The notes under the pieces: generated by a model
Told to the model about the DNA's origin: nothing
Databases searched by the model: none
What the model saw: the letters and a program-made list of their open reading frames with translations, nothing else
Shown: in pieces, positions 23,913 to 36,600 of the stretch
Layout: the number at the start of each line of letters is the position of its first letter
Position numbering within the stretch: the first letter of the stretch is position 1
Assembly (NCBI GenBank): GCA_028826165.1
Contig: JAPDFW010000060.1
Coordinates: 434,001 to 498,000 of the forward strand
Length of the DNA: 64,000 nt
Direction: 5' to 3'
From: Anaeramoeba ignava BMAN
Lineage: Eukaryota; Protista; Anaeramoebae
Program-made: the position numbers and the translations under genes

Positions 23913-25450
23913 AATTTAAATATAAAATTTAAATATAAAATTTAAATATAAAATTTAAATATAAAATTTATTATTAAAATTATTATTAAAATTATTATAA
24001 AAATTATTATTAAAATTATTATTAAAATTATTATTAAATTTATTATTAAATTTATTATTAAAATTATTATTAAATTTATTATTAAAATTATTATTAAAAT
24101 TATTATTAAATTGATTATTAAAATTATTATTAAATTTATTATTAAATTATTATTAAATTATTATTAAATTTATTATTAAATTTATTATTAAAATTATTAT
24201 TAAAATTATTATTATATTAATTATTAAAATTATTATTAAAATTATTATTAAATTTATTATTAAAATTATTATTATATTTATTATTAAAATTATTATTAAA
24301 TTGATTATTAAAATTATTATTAAAATTATTATTAAAATTATTATTAAAATTATTATTAAAATTATTATTAAATTGATTATTAAATTATTATTAAAATTAT
24401 TATTAAAATTATTATTAAAATTATTATTAAAATTATTATTAAAATTACTATTAAAATTATTATTAAAATTATTATTAAATTTATTATTAAATTTATTATT
24501 AAATTTATTATTAAATTGATTATTAAAATTATTATTAAAATTATTATTAAAATTAATATTAAAATTAATATTAAAATTATTATTAAAAATTATTATTAAA
24601 ATTATTATTAAAATTATTATTAAATTGATTATTAAAATTTATTATTAAATTTATTATTAAATTTATTATTAAAAATTATTATTAAAATTATTATTAAATT
24701 TATTATTAAAATTATTATTAAAATTATTATTAAAAATATTATTAAATTTATTAGAATTATTAAATTTATTATTAAATTTATTATTAAAATTATTATTAAA
24801 ATTATTATTAAAATTATTATTAAATTAATTATTAAAATTATTATTAAAATTATTATTAAAAATTATTATTAAAATTATTATTAAATTTATTATTAAATTT
24901 ATTATTAAATTTATTATTAAAATTAATATTAAAATTATTATTTAATTTATTATTAAATTGATTATTAAAATTATTATTAAAATTATTATTAAATTTATTA
25001 TTAAAATTATTATTTAATTTATTATTAAATTTATTATTAAATTATTATTAAAATTATTATTAAAATTGATTATTAAATTATTATTAAAATTATTATTATA
25101 TTTATTATTAAAATTATTATTAAATTTATTATTAAATTTATTATTAAATTTATTATTAAATTATTATTAAAATTATTATTAAAATTATTATTAAAATTAT
25201 TATTAAAAATTATTATTAAAAATTATTATTAAATTTATTATTAAAATTATTATTAAAATTATTATTAAATTTATTATTAAAATTATTATTAAAATTATTA
25301 TTAAATTTATTATTAAATTATTATTAAAATTATTATTATAATTATTATTAAAATTATTATTAAAATTATTATTATATTAATTATTAAATTTATTATTAAA
25401 TTTATTATTAAATTTATTATTAAATTTATTATTAAAATTATTAGTAAAAT
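23913..25450. repeat. 1.5-kb intergenic 12-mer satellite (AAATTATTATTA)n
   Basis: Directly visible immediately after the SMC1 stop codon. Confidence 0.9.
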
Positions 25451-25647
25451 TAAATATTCAATTGATTATTAAAATTATTATGAAATTGTTTGAAATAAAT
25501 ATTTTAAATTGATTTATAAATTTATTAAAGAAAAGTGGGAAATAAAACAAAACAAATTTTTAATTGAAAAATTTTTTATTTTTCTTTTTCATTTTTCTTT
25601 TTTCATTTTTTTTTTTTAATTTTTAATTTTTTTTTAAATCATTTATT

Positions 25648-28600
25648 ATGAACGATTTAATTCGAAGAATTGTAAAAATTCAACATGAAACTGCACCAGA
25701 AGGTGTAAATGAATCAGAATCACATGAAAATTATGATGATTTTACAAAATTAAAAAAAGGTATCGCAGTTGATGTTAAAGAGATTCGAGAAGTTCGTTAT
25801 TATTTTAAAAATAAAAATTAAAAAGAAAACGTTTTGATCAAAACTCGAAACAAAAAATAAATTTAATCAATAATATTATAATTATAATTATAATTATAAT
25901 TAATATTCATTTATAAAATTAAATATAAAATTAAAATTAAAATTAAAATTAAAATTAAAATTAAAATTGAAATTGAAATTGAAATTGAAATTAAAATTAT
26001 AATTAAAATCAAAATTAAATTTAAAATTAAAATTGAAATTAAAATTAAAATTAAAATTAAAATTAAAATTAAAATTAAAATTAAAATTAAAATTAAAATT
26101 AAAATTAAAATTAAAATTAAAATTAAAATTAAAATTAAAATTAAAATTAAATATAAATTTAAAATTAAAATTAAAATTAAAATTAAAATCAAAATTCATT
26201 TATAAAATTAAATATAAAATTAAATATAAAATTATAATTATAATTAATATTAAAATTCATTTATAAAATTAAAATTAAAATTAAAATTAAATATAAATTT
26301 AAAATTAAAATTGAAATTAAAATTAAAATCAAAATTAAAATTAAAATTAAAATTAAAATTGAAATTAAAATCAAAATTAAAATCATTTATAAAATTAAAA
26401 TTAAAAAAACAGTCAATTGCTCGCAGAAATGATCTTCTTGAAACAACGAATCCCGACAACGTTGAAGCTATTCAATTATCGAGTTCAATACGAAAGAAAA
26501 TTGGAGAAGTAAAAGAAAAAGCAATTGAATTAGATGAATTACAAAAACTTGGATATAAAAAACCGAAAAAAGATAAGAAAAAAAAGAAGCAACAACAAAA
26601 CGAAGACTCTGAAGATATTGAGCTTGAAGATGTCAACGAAAATCGAGCAGAAATTGTGGAGCTTGTTAATGCACATATCAAAGAATGCGAAGATTGGGAC
26701 AAACAACGTTATAAACCACAAACAAAATATGGAAATAATTTAACTAGTAATTCTCATTCTGCTCGAGTTAATATTCATTCTCCTCTTCAAACTGAACTCA
26801 ATGATATCGATACTGCACAGAAAATGCAACTGATTAGGCAGAAAGATAATCAAATTGATGCTGATTTGGATGAAATCTCCCATGGTGTTGGTCATCTTAA
26901 GGAAATCGCTTTGACTATGTCAGAAGTACTTACTCTTCTTACTTTTCTTTTATTATTAATCTTTTACTCAACCTTTTATTTTACCATCTTTTAAAATATT
27001 CTACTTATTTATAAAATTATTTATTAAATTAATTATAAAATTAAATATAAAATTATATATAAAATTATTTATAAAATTATATATAAAATTAATTATAAAA
27101 TTATTAATTAAATTATTTATAAAATTATTTATAAAATTATTAATTAAATTATTTATAAAATTATTTATAAAATTATTTATAAAATTATTTATAAAATTAA
27201 ATATAAAATTATTTATAAAATTAATTATAAAATTATTTATAAAATTATTTATAAAATTAATTATAAAATTAATTATAAAATTAATTATAAAATTATTTAT
27301 AAAATTATTTATAAAATTATATATTAAATTATTTATAAAAATTATTTATTAAATTATATATAAAATTATTTATTAAATTATTTATAAAATTAAATATAAA
27401 ATTATTTATAAAATTATTTATAAAATTAAATATAAAATTAATTATAAAATTATTTATAAAATTATTTATAAAATTATTTATAAAATTAAATATAAAATTA
27501 AATATAAAATTAATTATAAAAATTAAATATAAAATTAAATATAAAATTAAATATAAAATTAAATATAAAATTATTTATAAAATTATTTATAAAATTATTT
27601 ATAAAATTATTTATAAAATTATTTATAAAATTATTTATAAAATTATATATAAAATTATTATAAAATTATTATAAAATTAAATATAAAATTAAATATAAAA
27701 TTAAATATAAAATTAATTATAAAATTATTTATTAAATTATTTATAAAATTAATTATAAAATTATTAATAAAATTATTTATAAAATTAATTATAAAATTAT
27801 TTATAAAATTAATTATAAAATTAATTATAAAATTAATTATAAAATTAAATATAAAATTAAATATAAAATTATTTATAAAATTAATTATAAAATTAAATAT
27901 AAAATTATTTATTAAATTAATTATAATATTATTTATAAAATTAATTATAAAATTATTTATAAAATTATATATAAAATTATTTATAAAATTAATTATAAAA
28001 TTATTTATAAAATTATTTATTAAATTATTTATTAAAATTATTTATAAAATTATTTATAAAATTATTTATAAAATTATTTATTAAATTATTTATTAAATTA
28101 TTTATAAAATTATTTATTAAATTATTAATTAAATTATTAATTAAATTATTTATAAAATTATTTATTAAATTATTTATTAAATTATTTATAAAATTATTTA
28201 TTAAATTATTTATAAAATTATTTATAAAATTATTTATAAAATTATTTATAAAATTATTTATAAAATTATTTATAAAATTAAATATAAAATTATTTATAAA
28301 ATTATTTATAAAATTATTTATAAAATTAATTATAAAAATTATTTATAAAATTATTTATAAAATTATTTATAAAATTATTTATAAAATTATTTATAAAATT
28401 ATTTATTAAATTATTTATAAATTTATTTATAAAATTATTTATAAAATTATTTATAAAATTATTTATAAAATTATTTATAAAATTATTTATAAAATTATTT
28501 ATAAAATTATATATAAAATTATTTATAAAATTAAATATAAAATTAAATATAAAAATTATTTATAAAATTAAATATAAAATTAAATATAAAATTATTTATT

Positions 28601-29200
28601 AAATTATTTATAAAATTATTTATAAAATTATTTATTAAATTATTTATTAAATTATTTATAAAATTATTTATAAAATTATATATAAAATTATTTATAAAAT
28701 TATTTATAAAATTATTTATAAAATTATTTATAAAATTATTTATTAAATTAATTATAAAATTATTTATAAAATTAAATATAAAATTATTTATAAAATTAAA
28801 TATAAAATTATTTATAAAATTAAATATAAAATTATTTATAAAATTAATTATAAAATTATTTATAAAATTATTTATAAAATTATTTATAAAATTTATAAAA
28901 TTATTAATAAAATTATTTATAAAATTAAATATAAAATTATTTATAAAATTATTTATAAAATTAATTATAAAATTATTTATAAAATTATTTATAAAATTAT
29001 AGGAAGTAGATAAACAAAATGTAATGCTTGATGAAGTAACAACAAAAGTTGACAATACAACAGAACATTTGGAAAACATTAACAAAAAATTAAGAAGAGT
29101 TATATCAGAAGCAAAATCTGCAGATAAAATTGTGTGTTATATCATCTTATTGGTTTTACTTCTTGGAATTTTAGGATATATTTACAAATTAGCTAAATAA
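25648..29200 (+). CDS. Qc-SNARE / syntaxin, SYP7-like; 3 exons
   Basis: N-terminal helical bundle (MNDLIRRIVKI...DDFTKLKK...RRNDLL), SNARE motif QIDADLDEISHGVGHLKEIALTMSE-EVDKQNVMLDEV, and a C-terminal transmembrane helix. Intron 26926-29002. Confidence 0.85.
27005..29000. repeat. 2-kb intronic 12-mer satellite (ATAAAATTATTT)n, composed of A/T only
   Basis: Directly visible inside SNARE intron 2. Confidence 0.9.
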
Positions 29201-29405
29201 TAATTCTTTTGAAATTTGATTCCTTTCAAAAAAAAAAACAATTTTTTCTCATTCAATCCAAAAAAAATTTTCCACTTTTTTCTTTTTTTTCTTCTTTTTT
29301 TTTTTTCTTTTCTTAAAAAATTCAAAATGAAAGTTAATTATAAATAATTTTTTTTCATTTTTTTAATTTTCATTTTTTTATTTTTGTGTAAAAAAAAAAG
29401 GAAAA

Positions 29406-31679
29406 ATGGGAAATAATGTAAAACTTGATAAAATTATAAAAGATGGAGATGTTCAAAAACTTAGACAAAAAAATTTAACTGGAGAAGAAATTAATTCAAA
29501 TGTAATTAAAAAAACAATCCAAATTTTTTTTTCCTTTTTATTTTTTTTTTTTTTCCGTTTTTTTTTTAGATTGTAAAAAATTAAAATTAAAATTTAAATT
29601 AAAATTAAAATTTAATTTTTTTAGAAAGTAAAAATTTAATTTGAAATAAAATTTAGATTGCTTTTTTTTTCTTATTAGAAAATATTTCTTTTATATAGAA
29701 TTTTACTGTTTTAGGTTTTGCTGTAAAATGTAGACAACTTCCTATAGTTCAAGTTTTATTAGAACATCCACAAATAAATATTGATTTACAAACAAACCCA
29801 AAAGTATTGAAAAAAAAATTGTTTCATTTTGATTATAAAAATTTATTTTATTTTATTAGAAAGAAACTGCTTTAATGATAGCTTGTTTAATAATAAATTT
29901 AGATATTGTTAAAGAATTATTATTAAAAAACCCACAAATTGATATTCAAAATTCTGTAAATTTAATAATAATAATAATATATTTTATAAATAAATTAAAA
30001 TTAATTTCCATTTTTAAAGAAAGTAAAATTATTTCGCTTCATTTTGATTATAAAAATTTACTTTATTTTATTAGAAAGAAACAGCTTTAATGATATCTTG
30101 TTTAACAGGAAATTTAGATATTGTTAAAGAATTATTATCAAAAAATCCACAAATTGATATTCAAAATCTTGTAAATTTAATAATAATATATTTTATAAAT
30201 AAATTAAAATTAATTTCCATTTTTAAAGAAAGTAAAATTATTTTGTTTCATTTTGATTATAAAAATTTACTTTATTTTATTAGAAAGAAACAGCTTTAAT
30301 GATAGCTTGTTTAACAGGAAATTTAGATATTGTTAAAGAATTATTATCAAAAAACCCACAAATTGATATTCAAAATCTTGTAAATTTAATAATAATATAT
30401 TTTATAAATAAATTAAAATTAATTTCCATTTTTAAAGAAAGTAAAATTATTTCGCTTCATTTTGATTATAAAAATTTACTTTATTTTATTAGGGAGAAAC
30501 AGCTTTAATGATATCTTGTTTAACAGGAAATTTAAATATTGTTAAAGAATTATTATTAAAAAATCCACAAATTGATATTCAAAATCTTGTAAATTTAATA
30601 ATAATATATTTTATAAATAAATTAAAATTAATTTCCATTTTTAAAGAAAGTAAAATTATTTCGTTTCATTTTGATTATAAAAATTTACTTTATTTTATTA
30701 GGGAGAAACAGCTTTAATGATATCTTGTTCATCAGGAAATTTAAATATTGTTAAAGAATTATTATCAAAAAATCCACAAATTGATATTCAAAATCTTGTA
30801 AATTTAATAATAATATATTTTATAAATAAATTAAAATTAATTCCCATTTTTAAAGAAAGTAAAATTGTTTCGTTTCATTTTGATTATAAAAATTTACTTT
30901 ATTTTATTAGGGAGAAACAGCTTTAATGATAGCAATCAAACAAGAACACTTTGATGTTATTTATTTTTTGACTAATAAAGGAGCAAATATTAGAAACTAC
31001 AATAGAGTTTGAATTAAATTATCAGAAATTTAAAAATAAATCAAAATTTACATTTGAAAAAAATACAAATTTAAAAGAAAGTAAAAACATTTCAATTTTG
31101 ATTCAATTTTTCTTAAATTGTAATTTCTTTCTTTTTTTTTCTTTCTTTTTTGGAATTGAAAAGAATAAGAATTGTTTAGATATTGCAATCAAAACACAAA
31201 ATTTATCAATCATTAAGTTTTTTTGCGCACTTTCTTTAGATCATCCAGTTGATGTAATAATTTCTTTTTTCTTTTTTCCTTTTCCTTTTTTTTTCTTATT
31301 ATTCATTTCCTTTTAGTTTGAAAATTTACTTATTGATCTTCCTAATGAAAATATACAAAATTTCATGAAAAGATATCAAGAAATTCATCAGAAAAATCAA
31401 AACATCTTTTTCAAATTTCAAGAGCTTTTAAAAATTTCAGGAGAAATTCCAGAACCTTCAATCAATTTATTTTTCCAAAGATGTTTTAGTTTTCCAGAAA
31501 GACAACAAGAACAAGTTCAACAAGATCCTTTCTGCAAAATTTGTTTTACAAATCAAAAAAATTGTGTTCTGCTTCCTTGTCATCATTTTGGAATTTGTTT
31601 TGAATGCGCTCAATTAATTGAAGATTGTCCATTTTGTAGAATGAAAATTACTCAAAAAATGAAGATTTATGATCAATAA
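29406..31679 (+). CDS. Ankyrin-repeat + C-terminal RING (C3HC4, IAP/Mind-bomb type) E3 ligase, possibly N-myristoylated (MGN); contains 3-nt microexons
   Basis: 96-nt ANK exons ((K/G)ETALMIxCxxGNLxIVKELLxKNPQIDIQNx) in 209-bp tandem units. RING motif CKICFTNQKNCVLLPCHHFGICFECAQLIEDCPFCR. Confidence 0.88.
29804..30940 (+). repeat. Five near-identical 209-bp tandem units (intron-ANK exon-intron-microexon)
   Basis: Periodicity is visible in the sequence and in the ORF starts at 30090, 30299, 30508 and 30717. Confidence 0.92.
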
Positions 31680-31787
31680 TATTTTTAAATAAATAAAAAA
31701 TAATTTTTTTGTTTAAAATTTGCTGAATAAAAAAAAAAGTTCTCAAAAAAAAATTTTTTTCTTGTTTTTTGTTTTTTGATTTTTGAT

Positions 31788-32693
31788 TTAAATTTTTATT
31801 TTGATAATAAATTCAGGAGAATAATTTGATCTCTCAGTTTCCCAATAATAACCACGAGGATTACTCACAACTCTTGTTCCATTTCTCATAAAATCAAATT
31901 TCAAATGAGTATGCCCACAACACCAACAAGAAATATTCGTTTTTTCTCGATCCAATAAAGAATCCAAATTACTCGAAAAGGCATGTTGAATATCTCCAAT
32001 TTCTTCGATAGGCGAAGTTCCTTCAAGTGTTGGCGTGTGATGAGAAAGAACGACAACTTGCGATTCTTTGTTTTTTTTGGAGAGAATATATTCAGAAATG
32101 ATCCAATTCACATTTTCATCAAACCAGCTTTTTGTGTCTTTTGGAGTAATCGGTTCAAATTTATTTTTGAATATCAAACTGTAATCGTTCAAGCAATTTT
32201 CAATTTGATTCGCAAGATTATCAGGAATATAAGACCACAACGTTGTTCCAAGAAATCGAATCACTTGATCTCCACAATCTTCTTTTTTCACAGTTAATTT
32301 CACTGATTTATTATCAAGAAAATAGACATTTGAAAAAGAAGAACAAATTCTTTCTAATTTTCCTAGTTGTTCTTCATAAGTCAAAATACTTTCTGCATTG
32401 TGATTGTAAAATTCGTGATTTCCCGCAATGAAGAATATTATTTCAAATTTTTCTGAAATTTCTCTCAGAAAATATTCCAATAATTCGTTGTTTATTAATC
32501 CAATATCTCCTAATAATCCAAGTATTTTTGCTTTTGCAATTATCAAATTTTTTGGGATCGATTCTTTTGTTTCAAACATTTCAAGATGGATATCTGATGC
32601 GATTTGGATTGGTAATTCATTTTCTTTGATTGAAATTTCTAATTTAATTTCTTCATAATTTTGTTTGAAATATTTTTTTGTTTTTTTTTGCAT
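31788..32693 (-). CDS. Calcineurin-like metallophosphoesterase; intronless (true start probably the ATG at 32693)
   Basis: Motifs SDIHLE, LGDIG, AGNHEFY, GTTLWS, SHHTP, GHTH and SNPRGY. The ORF N-terminus upstream of MQKKTK is low-complexity repeat. Confidence 0.88.
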   Translation of the reverse strand: MQKKTKKYFKQNYEEIKLEISIKENELPIQIASDIHLEMFETKESIPKNLIIAKAKILGLLGDIGLINNELLEYFLREISEKFEIIFFIAGNHEFYNHNAESILTYEEQLGKLERICSSFSNVYFLDNKSVKLTVKKEDCGDQVIRFLGTTLWSYIPDNLANQIENCLNDYSLIFKNKFEPITPKDTKSWFDENVNWIISEYILSKKNKESQVVVLSHHTPTLEGTSPIEEIGDIQHAFSSNLDSLLDREKTNISCWCCGHTHLKFDFMRNGTRVVSNPRGYYWETERSNYSPEFIIKIKI

Positions 32694-32923
32694 TAAAAAA
32701 AATGGAAATGAAAAAAATGAAATCAAAATCAAAATCAAAATAAAAATTAAAATCAAAATCAAAATCAAAATTAAATAGAAAAATTAAAATCAAAATCAAA
32801 ATTAAATAAAAATAGAAAATCAAAATTAAAATCAAAATTAAATAGAAAAATTAAAATTAAAAATTAAAATCAAAATCAAAATTAAAATTAAAATCAAAAT
32901 CAAAATCAAAATCAAAATTAAAC

Positions 32924-33330
32924 CTATTTTCATTTTTTATATTTATATGTTAAATATTTAAATAATAAAATATTTAAATCTAAAACATAAAATTATTATT
33001 TTAATAATAAAATTAAATATTAAATTATATTTTTAAATTAATTTAAAATTAAATATTAAATTAAATCTATTCTCATTTTTATATTTATATGTTAAATATT
33101 TAAAATAAAATATTTAAATCTAAAACATTAAATTCATATTTTTAAATTAATTTATAAATTAAATATTAAATTAAATCTATTCTTATTTTTATATTTATAT
33201 GTTAAATATTTTTAAATAATAAAATATTTAAATCTAAAACATTAAATTATTATTTTAATAATAAAATTAAATATTAAATTATATTTTTAAATTAATTTAT
33301 AAATTAAATATTAAATTAAATCTATTCTCA
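32924..33330. repeat. Three tandem ~110-145-bp units (CTATT.TCATTTTTATATTTATATGTTAAATATT...TCTAAAACAT) in a divergent intergenic region
   Basis: Units start near 32924, 33068 and 33177, with a partial fourth near 33322. Confidence 0.75.
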
Positions 33331-33678
33331 TTTTTTTTTAATTTTTCATTTTTCATTTTTCATTTTTCATTTTTCATTTTTTTTTTAATTAAGTAAATAT
33401 TTTTTAAAAAAAATTAAATATAAAAATATCAAATTAAATATAAAAATAATATTAAAAACATTCCAATAATCAAAATATTTATAAATTATTAATTAAAATA
33501 AAATTTCCCCTTTTTTTCTTATCAAAAAAAGCAATTTCGATCAAATCAATATTGTTTCCAAAAAAAAAAATTAATTATAAAAATTTCAAAATAATTAACA
33601 ATTTATTAATTAAAAACATTTTATTTTTTCATTTCAAAATAAAAGAAAAGAAGAGCAATAACGAGGAGAACAAACAAA

Positions 33679-36600
33679 ATGAATCCAAATCAAAACCAAA
33701 AAGAACCTATTGAAGAAACAATCAAAAATATGAATAATTCACCAAACAATCAAGAAATTCAAGAAAATGGATGCTTTATCTTACAAAAATTTGCAAAGGA
33801 AAATGAAGGTAAATATTAATTTTAATATTTGATTTTTTTTTGGAAACAATTTTGAATAAGATTAAAAAATAATAAAATTTGGAAATTCAAAGATAATCCA
33901 ACGGAAATCAAAAAATTGGATGCCATTAAATCTCTTATTAAAGCTATGAATAATTTTCCAAATAATGAAGAGATTCAAATTCAAGCTTCTGAAGCTTTAT
34001 TAATATTTTCAGGAGGATTAAAAAGTAAATCAAAAATCAAAAATCAAAAATCAAAAATCAAAAATAATAACAAAATGAAACAAAATAAAAAGTTGAAGAA
34101 ATTGAAAATCGAAAATTACAAGGAATTGAAATTTCTAAATTAAATGGAATTAAAACAATTATGAGCACAATCAACAATTATCCAAATAATCAAAATATTC
34201 AAGAAAAATGTATTTCAATTTTAATTAATCTCGCAATTCATCCAGGTAGATAAATTGCAAGAATAAAAAAACAAACAAAACACTTATTCCCATATTTTTT
34301 GACATTCCAAATTTCTCATTCTAAATTTTGAAAATCAAAATATTAATATTAATATTAATATTAATATTAATATTTGATCAATCAATGAATCTATAAATCT
34401 CAATCAACTTATTTCAAACATTTCATAAAATAAAAAATAGAAAACAGAATTGAAATTAGGAAATTAAAAGGAATTGAATGTGTGATTAAATCAATGAATA
34501 ATTTCCCAAATAATGAAGATATTCAATATAAAGGATGTGGAGCGTTAGGGAATATTGTTGCTTATAATGAAGGTAAATAAAAATAAATGAAAATGAAAAA
34601 TCATAAAATAAATTATGCAAATTAAATTAATCAATAATTTCTTATTCAACTAAATAAAAATAAAATAAATAATAGAAAACGAAACTGAAATAAGGGAATT
34701 AAAAGGAATTGAACCTGTTATTAAATCAATGAATAATTTTCTAAATAGTGAAGATATTCAAAAATATGGATGTGGAGCCTTATGGAATATTTCTGCTGAT
34801 AAAAGTAAATAAATATAGATATCAATTAAAATTAAAATAATACAAAATATTTTAATTAATAATTAAACAATTTCATTTTAAATTTCATTTTCAATTCATT
34901 TCCTAAATTTAAAAATAGAAAACAGAATTGAAGTTAGGGAATTAAAAGGAATTGAACCTATTATTAAATCAATGAATAATTTCCCAAATAATGAAGATAT
35001 TCAAAAATATGGGTGTGGAGCTTTATGGAATATTGCTTTTGATAATGGTAAATAAATATAGATATCAATTAAAATTAAAATAATACAAAATATTTTAATT
35101 AATAATTAAACAATTTCATTTTAAATTTAAATTTAAATTCATTTCCCAAATTTAAAAATAAATAGAAAACATAATTGAAATTAGAAATTTAAAAGGAATT
35201 GAACCTATTATTAAATCAATGAATAATTTCCCAAATAATCAACTTATTCAAGAAAATGGATGTGGAGCTTTATGGAATATTGCTTTTGATAATGGTAAAT
35301 AAAACTAAATTCAGAAAATTAATTTAATCAATTACTTCTTATTCAACTAAATAAAAATAAAATAAATAATAGAAAACGAAACTGAAATAAGGGAATTAAA
35401 AGGAATTGAACCTGTTATTAAAGCAATGAATAATTTCCCAAATAATCAACTTATTCAAGAAAATGGATGTGGAGCTTTATGTAATATTTCTTTTGATAAT
35501 GGTAAATAAAATTAAATTCAGAAAATTAAATTAATCAATTACTTCTTATTCAACCAAAATCAATAAATTTATTTCCCAAATTTAAAAATAAATAGAAAAC
35601 AAAATTGAAATTAGAAATTTAAAAGGAATTGAACCTATTATTAAATCAATGAATAATTTTCCAAATAATCAACTTATTCAAAAATATGGATGTGGAGCTT
35701 TATGTAATATTTCTTTTGATAATGGTAAATAAAACTAAATTCAGAAAATTACTTTAATCAATTACTTCTTATTCAACTAAAATCAATAAATTTATTTCCC
35801 AAATTTAAAAATAAATAGAAAACATAATTGAAATTAGAAATTTAAAAGGAATTGAACCTATTATTAAATCAATGAATAATTTTCCAAATAATCAACTTAT
35901 TCAAAAAAATGGATGTGGAGCTTTATTGAATATTGCTTTTGATAATGGTAAATAAAACTAAATTCAGAAAATTACTTTAATCAATTACTTCTTATTCAAC
36001 TAAATAAAAATAAAATAAATAATAGAAAACAAAACTGAAATAAGGGAATTAAAAGGAATTGAACCTGTTATTAAATCAATGAATAATTTCCCAAATAATG
36101 AAGATATTCAAGAAAATGGATGTGGAGCTTTATGTAATATTTCTTTTGATAATGGTAAATAAAACTAAATCCAGAAAATTAATTTAATCAATTACTTTTT
36201 ATTCAACTAAAATCAATAAATTTATTTCCCAAATTTAAAAATAAATAGAAAACAAAATTGAAATTAAAAATTTAAAAGGAATTGAACCTATTATTAAATC
36301 AATGAATAATTTCCCAAATAATGAAGATATTCAAAAATATGGATGTGGAGCTTTATTGAGTATTTCTTTTGATAATGGTAAATAAAACTAAATTCAGAAA
36401 ATTAATTTAATCAATTACTTCTTATTCAACTAAAATCAATCAATTTATTTCCCAAATTTAAAAATAAATAGAAAACAATATTGAAATTAAAAATTTAAAA
36501 GGAATTGAACCTATTATTAAATCAATGAATAATTTCCCAAATAATCAACTTATTCAAGAAAATGGGTGTGGAGCTTTATTGAATATTGCTTTTGATAATG

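Noticed and set aside
29875-30926. Five separate 69-71 aa ORFs that look like a tandem small-gene family
   Set aside because: They are ANK exons read through into introns of a single spliced gene.
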